In this document: one piece after another, positions 28,301 to 40,772 of the stretch
Position numbering within the stretch: position 1 is the stretch's first letter
How the letters are laid out: every line of letters begins with the position of its first letter
DNA from: Fimbriosthenelais zetlandica
Lineage: Eukaryota
Direction: 5' to 3'
Length of the DNA stretch: 64,000 nucleotides
NCBI GenBank assembly: GCA_977030845.1
Contig: OZ365112.1
Location: forward strand, 24,366,001-24,430,000
Notes under the pieces: generated by a model
Told to the model about the DNA's origin: nothing
Database searches by the model: none
The model's input: only the letters and a program-made list of their open reading frames with translations
Made by a program: the position numbers and the translations under genes

Positions 28301-31300
28301 TTGATGTTTTCTATCTTATCAAGGTGACTAGAAAGTTGTTTCGCCTGCAATTTAGAGCATAACAAATGCATGATTAGTACAAAGGACATTTTAATATAAA
28401 TTATCTCAATATGTAAGGTTTTACAAGGCAATAAATCGAATTGAAATTTGATTAATATTCATTGGATTTTCAGGAGTAAATTAAATATGAAAAACAAAGT
28501 TTAATGATAAGAAACTGAAATAAGATACTGACAAGATCGATGGAATGTTTAACCCGGTTGACGACACCTTCATGACCTAGGTTCTGTAGACAGAGCCACA
28601 GAGGGAGAGAGTTGAGCTTGTAGCGGGCATTGAAAGACGTGAGACCGGCGGCGTGAGCCATGGCAGGGTCGGCAGTCTTATACATAGTCTACATACAGTT
28701 AAGGTCCAATTGCTCAGTCTTTCTCATTATTATTCTTGTATATTAAATGGATATTTATACATTAGTATACAAAAGATATACGCTACTCCAGTCAGAGTAT
28801 GCCCTGGAGAATATATTTATATATTACTCATTACAGCAGGATTTTTATTACTAGAAAGATGACAGTTATAGAGTTATGTGAGGACATAATTAACGTTTTT
28901 TTAAGGATACAACAAAAGGAATAGCAGGCAGTCCGAGCCAAGCACCGAGGTTGAGAGTCATACTGTCTCCTGATTTGGCGGGACTGATGGAGGTTGGCAC
29001 TGAGAACATGGTCAGAGTGGCCAGGTTGTTTCTGAAAACGAAAACAAAAGTTTTAGCTTTTCAATGTGGAATTATAACAGTCCATATTATCCTATGTGTG
29101 TAATGTGTATTGCCTTTCTTTTTCATTAGAGAATCTGTCATGTTTCAATACAATATCTCGCTCAAACAAATAGAAGATTTTAATATGAAAGTAGGAATCT
29201 TACCCCTCGATATGAAGCCAGATCTCAGATTTCTTACAGATGGCCTGTAGAGCCTGGATGTTGTCCACGTGACCCACCAGTGGCGTACCGGCGTAGGCCA
29301 CGACGAGGACGGGCGTCTTGCCGGCAGACATGTCATCCTCCAGCAGCTTCTCCAGGGCGGGGATGTCCATCTTATGTGTGGATCCAGACACGGTGCCGCA
29401 CGGTACGGTACACAGACACGACATGGGTAATCCCAGCTGTGGGTGAAAGGTCATTACAACTATTACATTTCATTGTTTTATCTTTAAAATATACATTGAT
29501 GCATTTATTAAATTTCATCTTTAATTTAAATAAAGATAGACCTCTACAGAATTGATAATCAAAGATCGTGGGGTTACTTTAGTTCTAAAATGCCCATCTT
29601 ATATAGAAGTTCACAGTTCAATCTCTTGTGCTACCCAATGCATTTTAGAAGCCTCTCTTTTGAGTGTGTGTTGCATATATATTCTAGAGCATAATTAAGA
29701 CCCAACTACAAATTCTAACTAAAGAAATCTACCTTAGGCTGGGCACTAAAAAAGAAAATAATAGGAACACATAGAAACATGTCCGAAAAAATAACTTGAC
29801 ACCCTGAAATTCTAATTAAAGAAGTATACCTGGGCACAGAGGTACTGGCCGAGTCCAGGTTTAGAAGCAGAGCTGATGTAGATGACGGGGGGTCTGGAGT
29901 AGAGCGCTTCATACCCGTCAGTGACAAACTTAGGATAGCGGCGATGGAGGGCGAGGCGACACACACGTACCAACCCTTCACGCTCCTCCTCGTGGAAATA
30001 CGCCGAGGCTTCATTAAATCTGACACAATAAAAAAAATAATAAGTAGGTTTTAAGATAATTGGAATGAATTTCATTCTTTCATTCATTTCTTCCATTCTT
30101 TCTTTCATGCATTCATTCATTCTTAGTAATTCCTAACAAAAGATATTTAAAGGAGGTACATGTACAGTTCTGGAGACTATTCCATTTAAATGAGCTACGT
30201 ATTCCGGATGAGTTGAGGATTTAGTAAGCTATATAGGAGTTAATCACCTGAAGAGCCTGGACACCCAGAGCGTGGTGTCACTGACGATCCTGGTGGTGAA
30301 CTGACGGAGGTGGGTCAGCTCCAGGGTGGAGACATAGGCGGCCACACTGTGACTGAGTATAGCTACCTCAGCGTTCTCATCCAGGGTCCTCAGACGAGCA
30401 GGCCTGAAATATACAACCACAGTTCTACAGCAAACAGAAACAAAATCAAAAGTAGATACATTGAACTTGGGCTATATCCTTTAAATTGACATCTTAAATA
30501 CCCAGAGCAAAAATAACCCTAGAGCAATTACATGGAAAGTTAATTAAATATTAGTAAGACATATTCATTCCTCACAATTTGGATTTTTAACAAAATCGTG
30601 GGAAGTGAATTGAAGGTCTTCTCACGGGCCTTTATAAGATACTTACAACAGTTTGGAAGTGTCGTCCACTTCGGAGAAATTCTCATAAACAATGAGGTCC
30701 TGAATGCGCTTCATGATATCATCCAATTTCTGACCGCTGTTAATTAAAAAAACATAATGAAGTTTTTATTCTGTTCATTCCAATTTCTTGCAGTGCAGTA
30801 TTGATATTAAACAAAGGAAATTGTGGTGATGGATTACTTCTGCATTATGACCTCTTACTTTACCTCAGTTTTTAATTAAATTTTTTAATCGTTTCTTGGG
30901 ATAATTGGCTTTTTCAACTCTTATTAACTACCGGTATAGTCTATGTTATTAGTCGAAGGGGAAGCCGTTCCTGGGAGAGGAGAGACACGGCTGGGTACAC
31001 CTGAATCAATACCGATACAGCACACGGCAAACAAGCACATATCGACTCATGTGTTTAACTTTAAATGTACACTGACATTGACGCATTTTTTATGGAAACA
31101 AATGGAGAACTTTAATACTGATGCTGAAATATTCAGGTTACAACATTATTACAGGATATGGGACAAGAGGGCCAATATGCAAGGAGAATGAAATGTAATG
31201 GACTTCTGATGAACTCTTCCTTACATCTGGGTCGACCTCATTAGATATGAAGATGAGTGACACAGATAATCATTAAAATTACTTGAGAAAGGCCTGAGGC

Positions 31301-33475
31301 CACTGGTACAAATTAGGCCGGTGAAACACAGTGTATTGTTTAAAATCATACTTAAACTGAGGATTGAATACATTAGAATAAATCTGAAGGCATTACAATA
31401 AATCTGGAGAATATTAAATCAAATAATAATTCTAGATAAATCAAAAGAAATATCGGTAATATGGCACATGAAAATAACTTGGAAGTTAATATTTTTACTC
31501 ACTGTCCTTGTAATGGCCCGGGGATGTGCTTGCTAAGTCTCTGCTTGCGCTGCGTCTCTCTCTCTTCATCCCATTTCCTGTAAGGAATATCTCCGTTAGT
31601 TATGCTGTCAGAGCAGTTAACCAATTGTATGAAAATGAATAAATAAATCAACAGTCTGTGACATTGCAGCACATTAATGCCCCTAGAATCAATTCTCATC
31701 TTGATCTTATTTCTAACTTCAACACTTACCTCTGAATTTCATCGAGCATTTCATTATTTCTGCGGACACTTTCCTCCATTCGGGATAACATGGGGTTCAT
31801 GAAGTGCTGCCAGATTAAAAAGATCCCCAACCATTAATAGTGGCAGATGTTTTAGATACAGGGGATAAGGAAACGGGATACGGGGCATTCTAGTCATGCG
31901 GGAAGCAAGGTGGGTGGGTCAGAGCGAGTCAGTACTACCCTCTCCTGGCTACAAAGCTATGTAACATTCCAGAAATGTACGCGAGAAACCTACCCATTTT
32001 GCACTCCCTTGATTATCAATTTACTAAATCCATCGAGCTTCATTTTTGCCTCTAATTTGTTGAAGTTTTTTCACAAATTAAAAATCTGCACTCTTAATAT
32101 GGGAGTGGTAAGGAACTCTTACGTTGCCACTCAAACTCGTATGATGAAGAATAAATCACATCAATGAACAATAGAATAATATCCTTAATTGTGAAGGGTC
32201 CCAGGAGAAAATTTTAAATCTCAAATCCTTTATAAAGTGGATATGTCATGGATGAAGCTCTGAAGCCGAGATGGAGGCTAAAGGTAATCCAATTGTTCTG
32301 TTCTCAACTTTTATGAGCTACCATCTAATGTGAAGTCTGGCTTAGTATTTTACTACTGTTTCTAAATGAGACATCTCCTCATAATGAGTATCTGAACACG
32401 TGATAGTTGTAGAAAGTTGTAAAAGTAGAGGCATAATTTAGACTTGTCTAAGCCTCACTTCAATTTTCCATACACACCCAAATTAGTCGGGAAAGTGAAC
32501 ACTTTAGGTCACGGTACTCATTAGTTTATCTATCAGGACAATATTCTGTTTTCATTTAGGGGAAAACATAAGAATGAATAACAATAAAGATGAATTTCAT
32601 ACCTAAAATCAAATGTCAAAAACATAATGACTAAAATGGAGTGATCATTAAAACCCAGGTTCTATTAAAATGGCAAAGACACATTACAATGAATTAACAC
32701 ACCTTCACATGTAACATCAATATAAAAGTTGTATGTAGATATAATAGTACTGTAATTTACTGTAACTGGTGATGTAAAAGAGCTTCATTAACTAAACATC
32801 AATTAACTTGGATGCATTTTAATTAATGGGTCCAGAGTCAGAGAAGACATGCAGAGACAATACCATCTACAAATTTGCCCTGGGCAGCAATACATGTACA
32901 TGTATGTCTGGGCTTGAAGGCTAAGATGCTCGAACACATAGACATTCAAAGATAATGGGCGGCAACTACCAGTACCAGGTACAAGACCCACAGCCACAAT
33001 CTGTAAGCCACACACAGTGTCAGTGGGTGTGACACGTTTAATAGGCTTACACTACAGGGTACACAGCAAGAAAGCCTACAGTCATCAATGTTGTGGAGAG
33101 CCAGCACTCTAAACTATTTCACTCACTGACATTCTGGAAGGCTTCTACGAATCAATGAGAACAAATTTACTTATATATTTCCGGAGCTTCCTATACAGTT
33201 TAGCGTCTACTTAGGTGCCTAAATAAGAATAGGTATAACAGCCAAGCCCAGTTGGATGGGCGGGTACCAACCTTGTACATGCCATCCTCAAAGGAGTTGG
33301 CTCCAGGCACTCCAGACCTCGGATTAGGTTTCTTAGAACCAGAAACATTATTGGACTGTACACTCTCCGTTTTGTCTCCCTTTACTGGAGTTTTTTCTTG
33401 TTCTGAAGGTGCTGACATTGTTTTTTCGATCTGGATATCGGTTCGACTTCTACTTTTGCTGTCTGAGTCAGCCAT
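22372..33475 (-). CDS. PDXDC1: Pyridoxal-dependent decarboxylase domain-containing protein 1, about 860 aa. Exons: 33475-33272, 31806-31730, 31577-31503, 30736-30647, 30403-30248, 30019-29830, 29436-29204, 29031-28911, 28688-28533, 28344-28294, 26847-26787, 26667-26582, 26492-26387, 26251-26080, 25890-25766, 25591-25473, 25322-25230, 25135-25033, 24844-24636, 24116-23967, and a tentative last exon 22377-22372 (Ser-stop)
   Basis: All 20 main exons have GT-AG boundaries with compatible phases. The translation contains IPGPLQG, SHSVAAYVSTL, AYFHEEEREGL, RPPVIYISSASKPGLGQYLCAQLGLP, WLHIEG, LPLWLCLQNLG, DALNLW and GVLRQVPLVGSLLNWWSP, all matching recalled human PDXDC1. The terminal exon is uncertain. 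Confidence 0.93.
22782..23833. repeat. 42-bp GC-rich minisatellite, ~24-25 units (last units 40 bp), in the last PDXDC1 intron
   Basis: Unit AAGGACCAAGTGAGAACGGCAGCGAGGGAGGGCCTTTGTGGA. The ORF track shows a 14-aa periodicity in all three minus frames. Confidence 0.97.
27344..27441. mobile_element. Possible ~100-bp MITE-like element in a PDXDC1 intron
   Basis: Imperfect terminal inverted repeat: CAGGGGCCTCCTTCA versus TGAAAAGGGCCCCAG. No clear target-site duplication. Confidence 0.25.
30067..30123. repeat. Degenerate (TTCA)n microsatellite in a PDXDC1 intron
   Basis: Run of ttcatt/ttcattc motifs just upstream of the acceptor at 30021. Confidence 0.7.
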
Positions 33476-33999
33476 GTTTCCACGCTGGCACCGAAACGCG
33501 TATCTAAGTTTTGTTTTACGACATCATAAATTTTATTTGTTTTAATATTATTTTGTATAAAATCATGCGGTTTATGGGATTTTTGCATATTGATGGTTAT
33601 TTAATGAAATAAAAGACAAGAATAGGTAGTGAAAACATTGTCGTAATACTGGCGCGGTTGGGGCGACACCAAGCGAGGTAAGTGCGCAATCAATGGTTTC
33701 TGGTTTTCCCGTAGGCCTAACGGCGGCAGCACCGAGCCGGGGCTGAGGTGGCCATTACGTGAGCCCATAGTCAGTTCGTGCCTGAATCTGCACACCATGG
33801 GTTGTATCTTACCATGGGTTAGCATAGGAACTGACGCCCCACTAAATCTGATGTATTAAGGCTAAATAAATATCTTTAATATGCCTATCTTTACCAGAGA
33901 AACGTACCTCTCCATGGGAGGATAGCTTTGACTTTACATACCGGTAGTACTAAAAAAGTGAGGTACTATTTCGGCCATAAATGAGTAAATAAGTTGTCA

Positions 34000-36900
34000 A
34001 AGATATATTATTCGCAAACATGTTAAGGTTCAATTAAACTAAGGAAAATGCCGTATGTTTGGAATGGGAGAACATTTAATTTTCACTTTTATTACAGTAA
34101 TTAAAATAAAAGCTAACTAAAAAGCACGTAGTATTTTCAATTTTATTATTCCTCAGAGTAGGACACAGGCCATAATTTTTCGTATGAACATCCAGTATAC
34201 CGTAGTGACAAAATTCTCTGGTTCAAATATTCATACCTAGACCAATATTGTATTCATGATTTTCCCTAGACCTCAAAACCACGATGCCCCGAAAGGACAT
34301 GAATGGAAGTGCCTAATGTGCCGTACCACTAATATAGTGTGCAAACTGCATTTAAACACAAGAGGTATGAAGGTACAATTAATAAGACTGACATAACGTT
34401 GAAAACAAGGCTACCATTTAAGGATGGCAATGACAGATTCAGATATACAAGACTTATGATTTCAATAGTGCATCTTTTTAAAAAACTACCATAGATGAAA
34501 CTGCTTTATAATTATTTTAACTGATCGTCAACTGATGCTGTTTAACATTGGCCACAATCTTTGATGACGATCTTTTGAGAGGTCTTGCCACTGTCACTCC
34601 CGTAGCCCTCGACGGCTTTAACAACGTCCAGGCCTTCAACAACCGACCCAAACACAACATGCTTGCCATCAAGCCTGCAAAAAGGAGAGAAAATCAATGT
34701 AGACAAAACCCATTACATCTCACACAGTCTCAACGAAATGGATACCGGTACCAAGGTTCTTGAAATTAATGTAAAATAATATTGCAATAATTTCTTTTGC
34801 AATCGATTTAGAAAGAAACGACATAAGTCACGGGAAAAAAAGGTTCTATAGAAGTATTAGCGTACCATGCAGTCTTGGCAGTGCACAGGAAGAACTGAGA
34901 TCCGTTCGTGTTGGGTCCAGCATTGGCCATAGAAAGGATACCTAGACAAAGAGAAACCAATCAGGAATTATTCATTTGCCATATTAAATGTTCTTTAATT
35001 TTATGTGATCATCGTTCTTTATTTTTGCTTTACCAATACTTGTTAGGAGGGATTCATCAAAGATAAACTGACCTGCTCCTGTGTGCTTCAGTGAGAAGTT
35101 CTCGTCAGCGAACTTCTCGCCGTAGATACTCTTGCCACCTGTACCATTACCGCGGGTGAAGTCTCCACCTTGACACATGAAGCCAGGGATGACACGATGG
35201 AAGCTGCTGTCCTTGAAACCAAAGCCCTTCTCGCCTGTGCAAAGTGCACGGAAGTTCTCCGCTGTCTTGGGCACAACATCTCCCCTAAGCTGTAAATTTT
35301 AAGAAGAAAGAAACAATGACTTGGGTCCAGCTACCCGATTGGCCTATTTCATTTATTCCAGAATAGAGATGTAAAATTCATAGCAAGGCAGGCCAGAGAG
35401 AGACATTTATTTCCTACCAAGGATTTTATTATTCCCCACCACACTCCCACGAGGACAACATTTTATCTCCACCGTCTCTTTCACAGATATTCACCATAAT
35501 AATCACCAAGATATATTATTCGCAAACATGTTAAGGTTCAATTAAACTAAGGAAAATGCCGTATGTTTGGAATGGGAGAACATTTAATTTTCACTTTTAT
35601 TACAGTAATTAAAATAAAAGCTAACTAAAAAGCACGTAGTATTTTCAATTTTATTATTCCTCAGAGTAGGACACAGGCCATAATTTTTCGTATGAACATC
35701 CAGTATACCGTAGTGACAAAATTCTCTGGTTCAAATATTCATACCTAGACCAATATTGTATTCATGATTTTCCCTAGACCTCAAAACCACGATGCCCCGA
35801 AAGGACATGAATGGAAGTGCCTAATGTGCCGTACCACTAATATAGTGTGCAAACTGCATTTAAACACAAGAGGTATGAAGGTACAATTAATAAGACTGAC
35901 ATAACGTTGAAAACAAGGCTACCATTTAAGGATGGCAATGACAGATTCAGATATACAAGACTTATGATTTCAATAGTGCATCTTTTTAAAAAACTACCAT
36001 AGATGAAACTGCTTTATAATTATTTTAACTGATCGTCAACTGATGCTGTTTAACATTGGCCACAATCTTTGATGACGATCTTTTGAGAGGTCTTGCCACT
36101 GTCACTCCCGTAGCCCTCGACGGCTTTAACAACGTCCAGGCCTTCAACAACCGACCCAAACACAACATGCTTGCCATCAAGCCTGCAAAAAGGAGAGAAA
36201 ATCAATGTAGACAAAACCCATTACATCTCACACAGTCTCAACGAAATGGATACCGGTACCAAGGTTCTTGAAATTAATGTAAAATAATATTGCAATAATT
36301 TCTTTTGCAATCGATTTAGAAAGAAACGACATAAGTCACGGGAAAAAAAGGTTCTATAGAAGTATTAGCGTACCATGCAGTCTTGGCAGTGCACAGGAAG
36401 AACTGAGATCCGTTCGTGTTGGGTCCAGCATTGGCCATAGAAAGGATACCTAGACAAAGAGAAACCAATCAGGAATTATTCATTTGCCATATTAAATGTT
36501 CTTTAATTTTATGTGATCATCGTTCTTTATTTTTGCTTTACCAATACTTGTTAGGAGGGATTCATCAAAGATAAACTGACCTGCTCCTGTGTGCTTCAGT
36601 GAGAAGTTCTCGTCAGCGAACTTCTCGCCGTAGATACTCTTGCCACCTGTACCATTACCGCGGGTGAAGTCTCCACCTTGACACATGAAGCCAGGGATGA
36701 CACGATGGAAGCTGCTGTCCTTGAAACCAAAGCCCTTCTCGCCTGTGCAAAGTGCACGGAAGTTCTCCGCTGTCTTGGGCACAACATCTCCCCTAAGCTG
36801 TAAATTTTAAGAAGAAAGAAACAATGACTTGGGTCCAGCTACCCGATTGGCCTATTTCATTTATTCCAGAATAGAGATGTAAAATTCATAGCAAGGCAGG

Positions 36901-37007
36901 CCAGAGAGAGACATTTATTTCCTACCAAGGATTTTATTATTCCCCACCACACTCCCACGAGGACAACATTTTATCTCCACCGTCTCTTTCACAGATATTC
37001 ACCATAA
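34000..37007. repeat. Direct tandem duplication: 34000-35499 and 35508-37007 (1,500 bp each), separated by an 8-nt insert TAATCACC
   Basis: A constant offset of 1508 holds throughout (ORFs 34548/36056, 34984/36492, 35088/36596 are identical). I saw no differences in the stretches compared by eye. Boundaries were fixed at the first mismatches. Confidence 0.95.
34542..35289 (-). pseudogene. Second copy of cyclophilin exons 2-4 (35289-35073, 34941-34866, 34674-34542) with no exon 1 of its own
   Basis: Copy of 36797-36050 shifted by 1508, with splice sites intact. The ATG-bearing exon is not included in the duplication. Confidence 0.8.
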
Positions 37008-37747
37008 AATTATTTATTTCATTCATATTCCCCACAAAACTATTTTTGATATTCTAATGCCAGTAATGCCTAATGGCCCTTCTACTAGGCTTCTTAGCCA
37101 ATATTATTACTAATGTAAGGCTAAGACATTGGCTAGTAGTAGTAGGCTAGTACTGTACTCTGTTAGTCTGTAGTATTACTATTAGTACCAGGCCATCCAT
37201 TCCTGGGCCGGGCCTGTCAGACCACAATTAATTTCCTAGATCACATAGTGATAGACATGTGACTAATGTCTAGGCATACTGCAGCACATACTAATGTTAG
37301 CATTAGCAAAGCTTCATTTTAACTGGCAGCAACAAGGAAGCAACCCACGCGAAGCAAGTGGAACATGCCCCAGATACCGCGATACCGGGCGACAGGCCGG
37401 CAACACGCGCAAAGCTGCCAAAATGACCCACAGTGGCACAATCCACAATAACACGATAAACTGTATTTCTATTAGATAACCCATGCTAAAAGTAAACTAA
37501 GTCTTAGTAAAGAAGAGATCCATATTCCAAGTAGCCCTACCGTAGGCTACTCGCCGGTAAAGCGGTCTTCCCGCTTGTCATCATCATGGCGGCAATCAAC
37601 TTGCACGCAACCGGCATCAGCACCCACATGTAAATAGGCATACTCACATGCTCTAAAAAGACGCAAAACATTACTTACCTCCATCACGATTCTGCCTAGA
37701 TCCTTACTACCGGCATAGACTTGGAAGAAAACTAGGGTTTTTGCCAT
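36050..37747 (-). CDS. PPIA: Cytosolic cyclophilin A-like peptidyl-prolyl cis-trans isomerase, 164 aa. Exons 37747-37679, 36797-36581, 36449-36374, 36182-36050
   Basis: [23 protein letters not shown]|[40 protein letters not shown]..|[18 protein letters not shown]..|[19 protein letters not shown] boundaries with phases 0, 1 and 2. Catalytic Arg, Gln, Trp and His are present. One-to-one orthology to PPIA is not established. Confidence 0.93.
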
Positions 37748-38319
37748 TTTGGATGATTTTTTCGGAGTGCTCCCACGGTGCTTGTGCTTTGTCCAAAGGA
37801 AGATGAGAGTAAGGGACTACTTTTGTCTGGCGCCCCACGATATTACTGAGCCGATGAAGTCATCATTCTCCTCTCACTTAGATATTGTTAAATAATGATT
37901 TTACGAATAATATGAATATAAACACTTTAATTAATCACTAATGTAAATTTCTAATGGTTGTTTTAATAGATTTGGGATCAAACAATTAGTTTTGCGAGAC
38001 TATATTCATGGAACTATGTTTTGTAAGTTTCCCGCGTCACGTACATGCGCCACCAAGCGGGAAACTATGGTACCACTACACAAACGCGATTCCTACTTTT
38101 TCTACTTGAGGAACAAATACAGCAGATCAAATGAAATTAATGAATTTAAAACCTGATTTAATTTCAACATTAATTAGTAGTAGGCATAAATTCTAATTTT
38201 AGGTCATAAATTAAACAAATACATATAGATTTATTATATTCTATATTCCAGTGTCGACGCAATCATCTGCACGCCGTTGATATCGTGCGGGACGGAACCC
38301 CATTCAGAAAGATAAAAAC
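37748..38319. promoter_or_regulatory. 572-bp divergent (probably bidirectional) promoter region between the two cyclophilin start codons
   Basis: Head-to-head ATGs at 37747 (minus) and 38320 (plus), with local CpG-containing patches near each start. Confidence 0.55.
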
Positions 38320-39469
38320 ATGCGTTTTCTTCAATTTGTGAGATGCATATCCAACGCAGCCAACCCGAAGGTCTTCTTTGACATCAATATTGGTGGTAAA
38401 AGTGCAGGCAAAGTTATATTTGAGGTAAGTTCATTCGCCTTGAAAGTTTTAAAAAAGCGGTGGGCGATAATGGGGTGATGTCATTGATCCACATGACACC
38501 TGGTGGTAGTGGGTTTCGAGTTTTATTTTGGATTTTATTTAATGTTGTAGTAACTGTCAGTTCATTTTGTCATTTCAGTTAAAATCTGATATGGTTCCCA
38601 AGACTGCAGAAAATTTTAGGGCTCTCTGCACAGGCGAGAAGGGCTTTGGATACAAAGGAAGCACGTTCCACCGCATCATCCCAGGCTTCATGTGTCAAGG
38701 AGGTGACTTTACCAAACACAATGGCACAGGTGGAAAGAGTATTTATGGTCGCACATTTGAGGACGAAAACTTTAAGTTAAAGCACACAGGGCCAGGTACA
38801 ATTTTATTTATTCCAGTAGATTTTGTTTGCAGAGAGTTAATAAATTAAGGGCAACATTATCACAACAAATAATTATTACTTGTCATTAAAACCAAGCTGT
38901 CTTCTGTACGGTCTGATAATATTTGCTGACAGGTCAAGATTAAATTAAAAATAAAACCTGTTGTTTAGTTTGAAAGAAAAAAACTTGGAACCATTGGGCC
39001 TAATTAATATTCGGCTCTCTAATGTTAGATTAATCAGTTATTTAATTTTTTGCATACATCCTATTTCAGGAATCCTTTCTATGGCTAATGCAGGACCAGG
39101 CACGAATGGATCTCAGTTTTTCATATGTACAGAAAAGACTGAATGGTATGAACACCTTATTAAAATTATTAATCATGACTGTAGGGGCCTAGCGTCACCT
39201 ATATTTGTAGACTATATTCTTATAGTTTATCAATTTTATAGTAAGAATATCAGAGGTTTAATTTGGGAAATATTAATTTAGATACCACCGATTTTAACAT
39301 TTTCTACCCAAATTCTGTGTCTTTTAGGTTGGACGGGAAGCATGTGGTATTTGGGCAGGTCGTGGAAGGCTTGGACACTGTTAGGAAAATGGAGGCGGTT
39401 GGCAGCAACAGTGGCAGGACGGCCAAACCTGTGATGATTGACGACTGTGGCGAAGTAGCTCAAGAGTGA
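38320..39469 (+). CDS. PPIF: Cyclophilin with a short Arg-containing N-terminal extension (mitochondrial cyclophilin D/PPIF-like), 179 aa. Exons 38320-38424, 38579-38795, 39070-39145, 39328-39469
   Basis: [35 protein letters not shown]|[22 protein letters not shown]..|[18 protein letters not shown]..|[18 protein letters not shown]. An in-frame TGA at 38278 fixes the ATG. The extension has no acidic residues and two Arg, which is presequence-like (inference). Orthology to PPIF is not established. Confidence 0.9.
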
Positions 39470-40225
39470 CCACTTTTCGCTTCTAGACCATTTATATATA
39501 ATATAAATTTGCTGTCCTAGCTATAGCGGTTACATCTTTTGTACAAAAAGTATATATTCGGACAACACCGGGCCGCAATGTATTTTTTTGGAAATCTTTA
39601 TACATTTTTATTACAAATGATGACGCCTCTCGATCATGATTTCATTTGGACGAATAGAATTATTTCGACTTATGCTTTTTCCTATTTGGTAAACTGCTTC
39701 CACATCGTGGTAGGGGGACAGATCGTGCTATAATCTTCAATCAAGTCAAAATAAATCGATACAAACTAGAGTTAGAGTTTGAGTATGAAAGGCTTTATTT
39801 TCACAGATGAGATGAAATTATGATATAATGAAAACTTGGGCAGCAAGACCATCGAATATAATACAACTGCTCAGCGAATCTACATGATTGTTTTCCAAAG
39901 GTACAACTGCTGATTCATTAAGCAAATTAAATTAAATTTAGTGCATACATAACTGAGATAACAGATCCCGATGGATTCAACTTTTGATAGGTACCGTAAG
40001 TCAATAGATCGTAAAAGTAACAAATACACTTCATCGAGACGAAGAAAAATTATGTTCAAATTTGTTTTACAATCTCAAAAAATATCACTATCTAGCGGAG
40101 TAAAATTTTCAGTGAAAACAGTTGAAAGAATAAAACTATGCATCCAGCAAATGTAATCTCAAAAATGTTTTGTGGAGTATTACAATTTTGTCCAACCATT
40201 TTTGCACCGACTGAAACAATTTAAA

Positions 40226-40302
40226 TTCGGTAACAATTTTTTCTGTGGTTGACAAAATATCTTCGGTAACAATTTTTTCTGTGGTTGACAAAATATCTTC
40301 GG
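40226..40302. repeat. 36-bp direct duplication
   Basis: TTCGGTAACAATTTTTTCTGTGGTTGACAAAATATC twice, at an offset of 36. Confidence 0.9.
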
Positions 40303-40697
40303 ATACTATTTTTTCCCGACATGGGTCACCTTGTATTTAATGTATTTTTTTAAAATGATTTTATCTACATTAATTATGAAATGAGTCCCTGACTAGCTGT
40401 CATCAACATTTTTTTAAATGATTCCTAATCTTGAGAACATTCAGGAATCTGATCTTTAAGAAAAACCAAGGTAAAATTGTATTAAATTTAACAAAATCTA
40501 ACCAATTATTCAGACCCGGCTCCTCTCTACCCATAATCAACTTCAAATCTCGAAATAAGCCTTTTGCCAGTCAAAGACCAGTTCCACCATCAATTCATAA
40601 TTATTGCAGCTTCAAAGAATCAAGAATCCCAATTCAGGGTGAGGTGAAAAATAACATTATTATTTTATATCAACTGTGACCGGGGATTTAATTTTGA

Positions 40698-40772
40698 AAA
40701 ATGATAGAAGTAGGTGATGTTTATATTGAAGAAGAAATGATAGAAGTAGGTGATGTTTATATTGAAGAAGAA
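40698..40772. repeat. 36-bp direct duplication
   Basis: AAATGATAGAAGTAGGTGATGTTTATATTGAAGAAG twice, at an offset of 36. Confidence 0.9.

Noticed and set aside
34548-36787. Duplicated ORFs MATIFDDD... (+) and MLCPRQRR... (-)
   Set aside because: They are antisense or off-frame shadows of cyclophilin exons.
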